A stretch of DNA of 64,000 bases from positions 81,797 through 145,796 of the forward strand of contig JBBALV010000004.1 in assembly GCA_040402815.1 (NCBI GenBank), given 5' to 3'. This document shows positions 10,704-19,957 of this stretch, one piece after another (the first letter of the stretch is position 1; each line of letters begins with the position of its first letter). The position numbers were made by a program, and so were the translations under genes. A model generated the notes under the pieces. That model had not been told where the DNA came from. It saw only the letters and a list, made by a program, of their open reading frames with translations, and searched no databases. This stretch comes from Flavobacterium sp. (GTDB lineage: Bacteria > Bacteroidota > Bacteroidia > Flavobacteriales > Flavobacteriaceae).

Positions 10704-11951
10704 ATGAATTTACATTTACACCCATCATTTCTATTTCAAAATCAAAAAATCCCCATTACAGGGTCGAAATCAGAAACCAATCGGTTGTTGTTACTTCAAG
10801 CATTGTATCCAAAAATCCGTATAGAAAACCTATCGAATTCAGATGATTCCGAAGTTATGATAAATGCTTTGCAAACCAAAAATGAAGTAATAGATGTGCA
10901 TCATGCGGGAACTGCAATGCGATTTCTGACTGCCTTTTTCGCCGTTCAAGAAGGACGAAAAACAATATTGACGGGTTCTTCTCGAATGAAAGAGCGCCCG
11001 ATACAAATTCTTGTAGATGCTCTTCGGCAACTTGGTGCTCGTATTGAATATTTAGAAAACGAAGGTTTTCCGCCTTTGAAAATCAGGGGACAAAAAATCA
11101 ATACATCCGCTATTTCTTTAAAAGCAGATGTGAGCAGTCAATACATTTCTGCCTTACTTTTAATTGCTCCAAAACTTGAAAATGGCTTGGAACTGACTTT
11201 GGTTGGCGAAATCACTTCATTGCCTTATATTAAAATGACTTTGGCATTGCTAAATAAAATGGGCGTGGAAACCTCTTTAGAATCAAATATAATTAAAATA
11301 CAACCCAAATCGGATATAGATTACCAAACAATAATTATAGAAAGCGATTGGTCTTCAGCCTCTTATTTTTATTCTATAGTGGCTTTGTCCGCTATTGGAA
11401 CACAGATTACCTTATCGAATTTCAAAGAAAACAGTTTACAAGGTGATACAACTTTGGTTGCTATTTTTAAAAAATTTGGGGTAGAAACAATTTTCAATAC
11501 CAATAATTCAATCACGGTTTCAAAAAGTACAACACACGAGCTACAACCCATAATTTGTAACTTGAATAGCTCACCAGATATTGCACAGACAATTTCCGTA
11601 ACTTGTTTTGGGCTTGGTCTGGAGTGTCATTTGTCAGGTTTACATACTTTAAAAATCAAAGAAACGGATCGTTTAGAAGCCTTACAAAAGGAATTATCTA
11701 AATTAGGTGCTACGGTCTCAATAACAACCGATAGTTTAACATTAGCGCCTTCAAAGCAAATAAATTCAAACATTAAAATTGCGACCTATAACGATCACAG
11801 GATGGCAATGGCTTTTGCTCCACTCGCGCTAAAAACAACTATAATCATCGAAAATGCACAAGTGGTTTCAAAATCATATCCTTCATTTTGGAAGGATTTA
11901 AAATCAATAGGATTTCTTGTTTCAGAAATTTCGGAAAAACATAATATTTAG
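10704..11951 (+). CDS. aroA: 3-phosphoshikimate 1-carboxyvinyltransferase
   Basis: GSKSETNR, AGTAMRFL, SSQYISALL, DWSSASY, KETDR, DHRMAMAF, VSKSYPSFW. Confidence 0.96.
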   Translation: MNLHLHPSFLFQNQKIPITGSKSETNRLLLLQALYPKIRIENLSNSDDSEVMINALQTKNEVIDVHHAGTAMRFLTAFFAVQEGRKTILTGSSRMKERPIQILVDALRQLGARIEYLENEGFPPLKIRGQKINTSAISLKADVSSQYISALLLIAPKLENGLELTLVGEITSLPYIKMTLALLNKMGVETSLESNIIKIQPKSDIDYQTIIIESDWSSASYFYSIVALSAIGTQITLSNFKENSLQGDTTLVAIFKKFGVETIFNTNNSITVSKSTTHELQPIICNLNSSPDIAQTISVTCFGLGLECHLSGLHTLKIKETDRLEALQKELSKLGATVSITTDSLTLAPSKQINSNIKIATYNDHRMAMAFAPLALKTTIIIENAQVVSKSYPSFWKDLKSIGFLVSEISEKHNI

Positions 11952-12011
11952 CCTTAAATTCTATATCTAAAATAAATTTCTCTATTAAATAAATTTCGGT
12001 AAATTTAAAAA

Positions 12012-12365
12012 ATGAACACTATCTATTATCTTGCATCCTGCGACACCTGTCGAAAAATTATTAAGGCTTTGCCAAAGAACAATAATTTAGTCTTCCATGA
12101 CATCAAGCAAAATCCTATTTCAAATGTCGAATTAGAAGAAATGCGACGCCTATCAGGAAGTTACGAAGCTTTGTTTAGTAAAAAAGCCATCCTATACAAA
12201 ACGTTGAAACTAAAAGACAAATCATTGACCGAAGACGATTATAAAATATATATTTTAGAGCATTATACTTTTTTGAGCCGCCCCGTTTTTATTATTGACG
12301 ATAAAATTTACATCGGAAACAGTCAAAAAAATATAATTGAAGTAATGAAAGTTTTAAACAAATAA
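12012..12365 (+). CDS. ArsC/Spx family protein
   Basis: IYYLASCDTCRK CxxC motif and L.RP.FI motif. Confidence 0.8.
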   Translation: MNTIYYLASCDTCRKIIKALPKNNNLVFHDIKQNPISNVELEEMRRLSGSYEALFSKKAILYKTLKLKDKSLTEDDYKIYILEHYTFLSRPVFIIDDKIYIGNSQKNIIEVMKVLNK

Positions 12366-12377
12366 AAGTAAATCAGC

Positions 12378-12764
12378 ATGCGATTTCATACTAGAAAATG
12401 GGTAAAACCTGAAGATTTGAACCCAAATAGTTCATTGTTTGGAGGTAAATTATTGGCTTGGATTGACGAAGAATTGGCTTTATACGCCATCATTCAATTG
12501 GAAAATTACAGAATTGTTACCAAACACATGTCTGAAATTAATTTTAGAAGCTCAGCACATCAAGGGGATATCATAGAAATAGGCATTGATGTGGTCAAAT
12601 TTGGCAATACCTCCATCACTCTAAAGTGTGAAGCTAGAAACATTATGACTCGTGAAACTATTATCACTATAGACGCTATAACAATGGTGAGTTTGGACGC
12701 AGAAGGCAAACCTCATGCACATGGAAAAACAAGTATTGAATTCATTAAAGACCGAATGAAATAA
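12378..12764 (+). CDS. Acyl-CoA thioesterase (hotdog fold)
   Basis: VKPEDLNPNSSLFGGKLLAWIDE hotdog motif. Confidence 0.9.
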   Translation: MRFHTRKWVKPEDLNPNSSLFGGKLLAWIDEELALYAIIQLENYRIVTKHMSEINFRSSAHQGDIIEIGIDVVKFGNTSITLKCEARNIMTRETIITIDAITMVSLDAEGKPHAHGKTSIEFIKDRMK

Positions 12765-12765
12765 T

Positions 12766-14562
12766 CTATTTTTCGGCTAATTTCCGTTCTAATTCTGCTT
12801 GAAATTCTTCCATTACAGGTTTCATTGTACTTTCAGGAATGTCCGAAATTCTAATGTACATGAGACCATCAATAGCATTATTAAAAAGAGGATCAACATT
12901 AAAAGCTACCAAACGAGCATTTTGTTTGATATATTTTTTTATTAAAACTGGCAAACGTAAGCTACCCGGTTCAAGTTCATCAATAATTTTGTCGAATTTA
13001 TTCAAATCGGATTCTGCTTCATCAAAAATAAAATCTTTGTCGGCATCTTTTAACTTCACTTTATACTCCTTTTTAGGACGTACATATTGCGCAATGTAAG
13101 GATCATAATAATTGGATTTCATAAATTCAATCATTAATGATTTAGAGAAATTAGAAAATTGATTACTAATACTAACACCGCCTAACAAAAATTTATGCTC
13201 CGGAAACCGTAATGTAGTATGCATAATTCCCCTCCATAAAAGAAAAAGCGGCATAGGTTTTTGTTGGTATTCTTTAACAATAAATGCCCTTCCCATTTCG
13301 ATAGAATTACTCATCATATCATGTAACTCCTTGTCAAAACGAAATAATTCATTTAAGTAGAAACCCTCAATTCCTTGTTTTGGATAAATCTCAGAACCCA
13401 ATCCCATACGGTACGCACCTGCCAATTGATTGGTATCGGCGTCCCACAAAAACAGATGATGGTAATACGCGTCATATTTATCAAGGTCAATAGATTTGTT
13501 GGTACCTTCACCAATTTCACGGAAAGTAATTTCGCGTAATCGCCCTATTTCATGCAGGATGTTAGGAATCTTTGTTGCTTCCGTAAAAAAAACCTCATAG
13601 TTTTTACTTTGAAAAAAGCGGGAATCGCTATTTCGTAAGGTATTTATTTCCGAAATCATTTTTTCTTGACTTGCCGGAGTAACAATTTGCTTAGGACTTT
13701 TCGGAATTTTTAAAGTTGTAGTTGATAACAACGGATTTGATTTATCAAATGGATTGGCCAACATATAGGTTTTTTTTCTCAAAAATTCTGCATATTCTTC
13801 TATAGACACGTGCTCATTTTGCTCTGTAACCGAAATGGGTTTTCCAATGCGCACTTTAATTATTCGGTCTTTTTGAGAAAACACTTCCGAAGGCAATTTG
13901 GCCGTTCGTAGCGTGTCGTCTAATTTGGAAAGTAAGTAAAAAAAGCGACTATTTTTAGCATGAAAATAAATTGGTACTACAGGAACTTGCGCTTTTCTAA
14001 TTACTTTTATTGCGCCTTCTTCCCACGGTTTATCAACCATTAATTTTCCGTCTTTATAAGTAGAAACTTCGCCAGCAGGAAACATTCCTAAAGGCTTTCC
14101 TTCTTTTAAATGTCGGAAAGTTTCTTTAATACCAATTACGCTAGACTTTGCGTCTTTGTGATTTTCAAAAGGATTTACGGGCATAATGTAAGGCTTCAAA
14201 GGCTCGATTCTATGAAGCAAAAAATTAGCGATAATTTTAAAATCAGGTTCTCTTTCGAGCATTAATTTCAACAATAAAACTCCATCAATTCCACCAAGTG
14301 GATGATTGGAAATAGTGATATAAGCGCCATCTTTAGGCAATCGTTTAAGATCTGCTTCTGGAATTTCAAACTTTATTTGGAGTTGGTCTAAAATGGCATT
14401 TAAGAAATCAACATCTTTTAAATGTTTGTTTTTGTCATAAATGGCATTTAGTTTAGAAATTTTAAGCACTTTCATCAACAACCAACCAAAAAAAGTTCCA
14501 AACACCCCATATCTGGTTGCATTTATTGCTTTAGCGACTTCTTTTGCAGTTACTAATCCCAT
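12766..14562 (-). CDS. Bifunctional PlsC-like acyltransferase + GNAT N-acyltransferase (OlsF-like amino-lipid synthase)
   Basis: N-half has NHPLGGIDG and FPAGEV. C-half has GRLREITFR.IGEG, DLDKYD.YY.HL, GAYRMG and ELGR-like EMGR. Confidence 0.8.
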   Translation of the reverse strand: MGLVTAKEVAKAINATRYGVFGTFFGWLLMKVLKISKLNAIYDKNKHLKDVDFLNAILDQLQIKFEIPEADLKRLPKDGAYITISNHPLGGIDGVLLLKLMLEREPDFKIIANFLLHRIEPLKPYIMPVNPFENHKDAKSSVIGIKETFRHLKEGKPLGMFPAGEVSTYKDGKLMVDKPWEEGAIKVIRKAQVPVVPIYFHAKNSRFFYLLSKLDDTLRTAKLPSEVFSQKDRIIKVRIGKPISVTEQNEHVSIEEYAEFLRKKTYMLANPFDKSNPLLSTTTLKIPKSPKQIVTPASQEKMISEINTLRNSDSRFFQSKNYEVFFTEATKIPNILHEIGRLREITFREIGEGTNKSIDLDKYDAYYHHLFLWDADTNQLAGAYRMGLGSEIYPKQGIEGFYLNELFRFDKELHDMMSNSIEMGRAFIVKEYQQKPMPLFLLWRGIMHTTLRFPEHKFLLGGVSISNQFSNFSKSLMIEFMKSNYYDPYIAQYVRPKKEYKVKLKDADKDFIFDEAESDLNKFDKIIDELEPGSLRLPVLIKKYIKQNARLVAFNVDPLFNNAIDGLMYIRISDIPESTMKPVMEEFQAELERKLAEK

Positions 14563-14735
14563 AATTTAATCTTTAATAATGGAAACAAAGATAGAAAAAA
14601 GGGCGATACATTGACAAATTGTTTGTGTCAATAAACGATATTTCAATATTATGCGTTAAAGCAAAAGTAATTTCATTTTCATTTCCATTATATTAAATAG
14701 TTTTAAGTATTTTTGAAAAATAAAGCAACCAACGC

Positions 14736-15497
14736 ATGAAAATTATTTCTTATAATGTAAATGGTATTAGAGCAGCCATTTCAAAAGGGTTTATCGAATG
14801 GCTCACCCAGGCCAATCCAGATGTTATTTGTTTACAAGAAATAAAAGCAACTGAAGACCAAATTCCAGTAGAAGACATTGAAAAAGCAGGATATCCCTAT
14901 CAGTATTATTTTTCCGCTACCAAGAAAGGCTATAGTGGCGTAGCTATTTTATCCAAAACAAAACCGAATTCAATTGTTTTTGGTACCGGAATCGAACACA
15001 TGGATTTTGAAGGTAGAAATTTACGTGTCGATTTTGACGATGTATCTGTAATGAGTTTGTATTTGCCTTCAGGCACCAATTTACAACGATTGGATCACAA
15101 ATTCATGTATATGGATGATTTCAAAAATTACATTACTCATCTAAGACAAGAAATTCCGAATTTGGTTATTTGTGGCGACTACAACATTTGCCATGAAGCT
15201 ATTGACATTCACGACCCCATTCGCAATAAAAACACATCGGGTTTTCTGCCGGAGGAGCGTTTGTGGTTGGATGTATTTATAAAATCGGGTTTTATCGATA
15301 GTTTCAGGCATTTCAACAAAGACCCGCATCATTACAGTTGGTGGAGTTATAGAGCTGGCGCTAGAAACAATAATAAAGGTTGGCGTATTGACTACATTTT
15401 GGTAACAAAAACCATGGAAAACCGACTTACCAGAGCATTGATTCTTCCTGAAGCCAAACATTCAGACCATTGTCCTGTTTTGGTTGAATTGGAATAA
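14736..15497 (+). CDS. xth: Exodeoxyribonuclease III
   Basis: SYNVNGIR, LQEIK, GYSGVA, GDYN, GWRIDY, SDHCP. -7 element TATTTTTG at 14708-14715. Confidence 0.96.
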   Translation: MKIISYNVNGIRAAISKGFIEWLTQANPDVICLQEIKATEDQIPVEDIEKAGYPYQYYFSATKKGYSGVAILSKTKPNSIVFGTGIEHMDFEGRNLRVDFDDVSVMSLYLPSGTNLQRLDHKFMYMDDFKNYITHLRQEIPNLVICGDYNICHEAIDIHDPIRNKNTSGFLPEERLWLDVFIKSGFIDSFRHFNKDPHHYSWWSYRAGARNNNKGWRIDYILVTKTMENRLTRALILPEAKHSDHCPVLVELE

Positions 15498-15553
15498 AAA
15501 CATAACAACAAAAGACAACACCATTAAATAATTTTATAAACAAACAAAAACAA

Positions 15554-16516
15554 ATGATTAAGAAAATTTCCTTAGGATTGTTGGTAATAGCATTAGCATC
15601 ATCCTGTGTTTCAAAAAAAGTATATACAGATTTAGAGAATAAATTTGCCGATTTAAAGAAAGAAAATCGGGAAATTTCAGACAAAAACGAAGAGCTTACC
15701 AAAGCAAAAAACAAACTCGAACTCGATCAGGCCACTTTGCAAAAAGAGTATGACAAAATCAAAGCCGAACGCGACAAACTGCAAACTGATTATGCTGCGG
15801 CAAGCAATAATCTAAAAACATTACAAGCATCGTATAGTGCTTTAGAAAAAAATAGTGATGAAGCATTACAAGCCAACATGACTAAAAACAGAGAGTTATT
15901 GGCCAAATTAGAAGCGAAAGAAAAAGCGTTAGCTACCGAGCAAGACCGTTTAAATAAATTATTGGGCGACTTTAAAGAACGCTCTCAACGCGTTGCTGAA
16001 TTAGAGCAAATCATGGCAGCTAAAGAAGCGGGAATGAAAAAACTGAAAGAAACCCTATCAAAAGCATTGAATGGTTTTGAAGGAAAGGGCTTGACCGTGC
16101 ATCAAAAAGACGGGAAAGTATATGTTTCTATGGAAAACAAATTGTTGTTCAATTCAGGAAGTTATGCTGTAAGTCCTGAAGGGAAAAAAGCAGTAGTGGA
16201 AGTTGCCAAAGTATTGGCAGCCAACCCTGATATTGCGGTGCTGATTGAAGGGCATACCGATAACGACAAATTTGCAGGAGCTGTAGGTCAAATTGAAAAC
16301 AACTGGGACTTATCGACCAAAAGAGCCACCGCCATTGTAGCGATTATGGAAGAAAACAAAGGCATTAACAAACAAAACTTAACCGCTGCTGGCCGTGGAG
16401 AATTTGCACCTTTAATGGCAAATGATACTCCAGAAGGAAAAGCAAAAAATAGAAGAATCGAAATTATTCTAACACCAAAATTAGATGAAATTTCAAAAAT
16501 GTTAAACGAAATTTAA
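15554..16516 (+). CDS. OmpA/MotB-domain lipoprotein with long coiled coil
   Basis: Lipobox LASSC, heptad coiled coil, IEGHTDN, NWDLSTKRA, NRRIEIIL. Confidence 0.9.
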   Translation: MIKKISLGLLVIALASSCVSKKVYTDLENKFADLKKENREISDKNEELTKAKNKLELDQATLQKEYDKIKAERDKLQTDYAAASNNLKTLQASYSALEKNSDEALQANMTKNRELLAKLEAKEKALATEQDRLNKLLGDFKERSQRVAELEQIMAAKEAGMKKLKETLSKALNGFEGKGLTVHQKDGKVYVSMENKLLFNSGSYAVSPEGKKAVVEVAKVLAANPDIAVLIEGHTDNDKFAGAVGQIENNWDLSTKRATAIVAIMEENKGINKQNLTAAGRGEFAPLMANDTPEGKAKNRRIEIILTPKLDEISKMLNEI

Positions 16517-16533
16517 TACCGTTTCAAATATAT

Positions 16534-16570
16534 AAAAAGGGTGTTAGTTATTTAGCTGACACCTTTTTTT
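16534..16570 (+). terminator. Intrinsic terminator
   Basis: AAAAAGGGTGTTAG...CTGACACCTTTTTTT stem with U tract after the ompA-like gene. Confidence 0.8.
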
Positions 16571-16593
16571 AATGCTAATTGTCAATTAACAAA

Positions 16594-17130
16594 ATGAAAA
16601 AATTATTTATACTTTTTATTTTAATTATTGCTCAATCTTGTCAAATGCGAGGGCTCACAAACGATTTTGGAAAACTTTCGACAAACAATAAAGCTAAAAT
16701 AGTGAAGCTAAAAACTTTCGAAAATTTAAATCTAAATTCCGTCTATAAAATCAATGGGCTTCAATTAAAAGAGGAATTGTTGAAATATAATAATGCCATC
16801 GTATATGAATTTACAAATGGATGCACCTCTAAATTTTGCAGACCACTTTCAGTTTATGAGGATTTTGCGGAAAAGCATCATTACAAATTATTTTTGGTTA
16901 TGAACGGTTTTGGCGCAATAGAAGAAACGATTGAACAACGGCTCAACCAACCTTTGTTTGCCATTGATGGCGATTATTATCACAAATGGTTCAGAGCAAC
17001 TTATACCCGTTATTTTTTGAATGAACTTTTAGGCAAGCCTTTAAAAACCAAAGAAGGTGAATATTTGGGAAGTATTTATTTTTTTACCAAAGGCAAGCTT
17101 GATAAAATTTTTATAGACTTACCAAATTAA
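16594..17130 (+). CDS. Hypothetical lipoprotein
   Basis: ATG at 16594 gives MKKLFILFILIIAQSC (lipobox), preferred over the TTG start at 16579. Confidence 0.7.
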   Translation: MKKLFILFILIIAQSCQMRGLTNDFGKLSTNNKAKIVKLKTFENLNLNSVYKINGLQLKEELLKYNNAIVYEFTNGCTSKFCRPLSVYEDFAEKHHYKLFLVMNGFGAIEETIEQRLNQPLFAIDGDYYHKWFRATYTRYFLNELLGKPLKTKEGEYLGSIYFFTKGKLDKIFIDLPN

Positions 17131-17173
17131 TAATTTTTAAATTTTAATTTTTTTTGAAATTTAAACTATTAAA

Positions 17174-17887
17174 CTAAACATGAATGATTTCGTCGTCGAT
17201 GAGCAAATCTTCTCTTCGTAGTCGTAAGAAAATTTGAGCCACAGCAATGGTGTCCTTTTCGCAATAGGTTACAATGCGGTCAATGTCTTTTTCAACATAA
17301 AAAACATGTCCCACTTGGCTGCCGTCAATATCGCCTTTAGGGGAGGGGATGCCAAGAATTTTGGTTAATAATTTCAAAGAAGTAAAATGTTTATAATCGC
17401 CAAATTTCCATAGTTCGAGCGTGTCGAGATGAGGAATTTCCCAAGGTTTTTTGCCGAAAAGATTTAATTTATTTGGAATAGCAATTTGATTGATAATCAT
17501 TCGTCTCGCTATAAAAGGAATGTCAAATTCTTTGGCATTATGACCACACAACACGTGTTGCGGTTGGTTAAAATGATTGTTTAGCAAATTGATAAAATCA
17601 TGCAAGATTTTCTTTTCCTCACCAAAAAAAGAGGTGACTCTAAAATTTCGGATGTCGCCTTTTAGCGTAAAATAGCCTACAGAAATGCAAACAATTTTTC
17701 CAAACTCGGCCCAAATTCCAGCTCTGTCATAGAATTCGTCCGCCAAAAATTCCTCTTTTCGTTGGTACTGGGTTTTGTGTTCCCAAAGCGATTGCATCTC
17801 GGTGTCGAGTAAATTATAATTTTCTTGCTCGGGAACGGTTTCTATATCAAGAAACAAAATGTGGTCTAATCGTATCTTTTCAATCAT
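17174..17887 (-). CDS. PolB-like 3'-5' exonuclease (DnaQ superfamily)
   Basis: FLDIETVP, GHNAKEFDIPF, HLDTLELW, YCEKDT (DEDD motifs). Confidence 0.88.
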   Translation of the reverse strand: MIEKIRLDHILFLDIETVPEQENYNLLDTEMQSLWEHKTQYQRKEEFLADEFYDRAGIWAEFGKIVCISVGYFTLKGDIRNFRVTSFFGEEKKILHDFINLLNNHFNQPQHVLCGHNAKEFDIPFIARRMIINQIAIPNKLNLFGKKPWEIPHLDTLELWKFGDYKHFTSLKLLTKILGIPSPKGDIDGSQVGHVFYVEKDIDRIVTYCEKDTIAVAQIFLRLRREDLLIDDEIIHV

Positions 17888-17941
17888 AGTAGGTTCATTT
17901 AAAAAAGTTTTTGAATAGGATAAATGTAAACATTTTTCATT

Positions 17942-18412
17942 TCAAAACAAACTTTGCTGCTCACTTGGATTTTCGTGTTCCAAAAGCCATTTTTTGCGCC
18001 ATAATCCGCTAGCATATCCCGTGAGCGAACCGTCAGAACCAATAACCCGATGACAAGGCACCACAATCCAAAGCGGATTCTTACCGTTTGCAGCAGCTAC
18101 GGCACGAATGGCTTTTATAGCTCCTATTTTCTTGGATAATTCAAGATAACTAATCGTAGTTCCAAACGGAATTCCGAGCAGTTTCGACCAAACTTTTTGT
18201 TGAAAAGCAGTGCCTTTTGGATTAATTTTAAAAGTAAATGAGGTTCTTTTTCCATCAAAATAATCTTGCAATTGGGTAGCCGCTTCTAGAAGTTCACTTG
18301 GAATTTCAGCTGTAATTTCGCCACTATCATCAATTGAAATTTCAGACACACCCAGCTCGTCGCCAGTAATATTAGCCATTCCCAAAGGGGTTTTTATAGT
18401 AATGGTTTTCAT
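17942..18412 (-). CDS. ogt: Methylated-DNA--protein-cysteine methyltransferase
   Basis: GTAFQQKVW, RAVAAAN, VPCHRVIG active site. Confidence 0.93.
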   Translation of the reverse strand: MKTITIKTPLGMANITGDELGVSEISIDDSGEITAEIPSELLEAATQLQDYFDGKRTSFTFKINPKGTAFQQKVWSKLLGIPFGTTISYLELSKKIGAIKAIRAVAAANGKNPLWIVVPCHRVIGSDGSLTGYASGLWRKKWLLEHENPSEQQSLF

Positions 18413-18460
18413 CTGCTTTTCAATAATTAGAGTTGCTTAGTCCTGTTTTTTAATAGAATA

Positions 18461-18614
18461 ATATGACTATCCATAACTTGTACCAATGCTTTATTTTTAG
18501 CCACAGATAGCAAGGATTCTCAAGGATTTTAGAATTAAAACTGAGAAAAATCTGTGATAATCCGTGAAATCTGTGGCTAGTTTTTCTTTTGGCATTACTA
18601 ACGGACAGTCATAT
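18461..18614. repeat. Long intergenic inverted repeat with 9-mer (CACAGATT/AATCTGTG-type) core; MITE/REP-like
   Basis: TAGCCACAGAT 18498-18508 pairs perfectly with ATCTGTGGCTA 18569-18579. Outer arms ATATGACTATCC 18461-18472 and GGACAGTCATAT 18603-18614. Confidence 0.7.
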
Positions 18615-18624
18615 AGCATTAAAA

Positions 18625-18951
18625 TTACTTCAATTTTATGTTGTTGTGATGGCGGTCGTGATCTCGATTGGTTTTCACGTCCATTTTTTTGTCGAAAGCG
18701 GCTTGCAAGTCAATTCCTGTTTGGTTGGCGAGACACAATACTACAAAAACGACATCGGCCAATTCTTCACCTAAATCTTTGTTTTTATCGCTTTCTTTTT
18801 CGGATTGTTCGCCATAACGACGCGCAATAATACGGGCTACTTCACCCACTTCTTCCGTAAGTTGTGCCATGTTGGTCAATTCATTAAAATAGCGAACACC
18901 GTGGTCTTTAATCCAAGTGTCAACGTCTAGTTGGGCATTTTTTAAGTTCAT
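18625..18951 (-). CDS. MazG-like nucleotide pyrophosphohydrolase
   Basis: LTEEVGEVAR and LGEELADV motifs. Confidence 0.9.
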   Translation of the reverse strand: MNLKNAQLDVDTWIKDHGVRYFNELTNMAQLTEEVGEVARIIARRYGEQSEKESDKNKDLGEELADVVFVVLCLANQTGIDLQAAFDKKMDVKTNRDHDRHHNNIKLK

Positions 18952-19001
18952 TTATTTAAATTTTTTTAAATATATAAATTATACTTTTTTGTTCAAAAAA
19001 A

Positions 19002-19454
19002 TTACATTTTATTTTTAGAATCCATAATAATCGTTACTGGACCGTCATTTACAAGCGCAACTTTCATGTCGGCACCAAAAACGCCTGTTTGTATTTTTTT
19101 ACCTATTGTTGCTTCCATTTCGGTAATGAATTTTTCATATAATGGAATGGCTATTTCTGGTCTTGCAGCTTTGATGTAGCTCGGGCGATTGCCTTTTTTG
19201 GTCGAAGCTTGTAGCGTAAATTGACTGACAACAATGATTTCGCCATCAATATCTTTTACAGACAAATTCATTACTTCGTTTTCGTCTCCAAATATTCGAA
19301 GATTAGCAATTTTCTGACAAAGCCAATCAATATCTTCCTGCGAATCCGCTTCTTCAATACCCACTAAAACCAAAAGCCCTTGTTGAATAGTAGCTACTAT
19401 TTTTGAATCGATGGTTACCGATGCGGAAGACACTCTTTGTATAACTGCTTTCAT
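19002..19454 (-). CDS. dtd: D-aminoacyl-tRNA deacylase
   Basis: MKAVIQRV, VSQFTL, GNRPS, GVFGADM, NDGPVT. Confidence 0.97.
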   Translation of the reverse strand: MKAVIQRVSSASVTIDSKIVATIQQGLLVLVGIEEADSQEDIDWLCQKIANLRIFGDENEVMNLSVKDIDGEIIVVSQFTLQASTKKGNRPSYIKAARPEIAIPLYEKFITEMEATIGKKIQTGVFGADMKVALVNDGPVTIIMDSKNKM

Positions 19455-19475
19455 TTAATTATGAATTGTGAATTA

Positions 19476-19521
19476 TGAATTATTGTGTGAATTAATAATT
19501 CACCATTTACAATTCACAATT
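19476..19521. repeat. 46-bp heptamer-based direct repeat, left copy
   Basis: TGAATTATTGTGTGAATTAATAATTCACCATTTACAATTCACAATT. Contains the stop codon of the four-helix-bundle gene. Confidence 0.9.
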
Positions 19522-19879
19522 GTTTTTTTAAGTTTTTTTTGGTTGAAATAATTATAGATGCTAGGAGTTTATTAATTTCAACTATATCAGAATTTAAAGA
19601 ATGAAATTGAGATTCATTCAAATACTCGGATTGAAACAACAATTCCAACCAATAATCACTTTCGTTAGCTTCTTTTTGAGCAATTGCAAGTTTATGAATA
19701 AAATCAGGTTTGCTTTCCGCATGCTCGGATTCTCTCACTAATGCTCCTATAGCGGTACCGCTTCTAAGTAATTGTTTGCTTAAAACAAATTCTTTCTTTT
19801 CAACACATAAAAATTGGTACAATTTTACAATTCTTAATGCAAATGCAAATGATTTTAATTTTATAATATTATCTCCCAT
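19514..19879 (-). CDS. Four helix bundle protein (23S rRNA IVS-protein / bAvd-like family)
   Basis: SFAFALRIVKLY, LSKQLLRSGTAIGA..E, S..DFIHKL.IA.KEA.E..YWLELL are the family signature. Confidence 0.9.
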   Translation of the reverse strand: MGDNIIKLKSFAFALRIVKLYQFLCVEKKEFVLSKQLLRSGTAIGALVRESEHAESKPDFIHKLAIAQKEANESDYWLELLFQSEYLNESQFHSLNSDIVEINKLLASIIISTKKNLKKQL

Positions 19880-19911
19880 AATTAACTATTTTAATGATAA
19901 ATTATAAATAG

Positions 19912-19957
19912 TGAATTATTGTGTGAATTAATAATTCACAATTTACAATTCACAATT
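19912..19957. repeat. 46-bp heptamer-based direct repeat, right copy
   Basis: TGAATTATTGTGTGAATTAATAATTCACAATTTACAATTCACAATT, 45/46 identical to 19476-19521. Overlaps the rsgA stop codon. Confidence 0.9.

Noticed and set aside
15554-16516. Flagellar stator MotB
   Set aside because: It is a lipoprotein with no MotB TM Asp helix, no motA neighbour and no flagellar genes; a generic peptidoglycan-binding OmpA_C protein.
19514-19879. 23S rRNA intervening sequence
   Set aside because: No rRNA sequence flanks the gene; the family name is historical.
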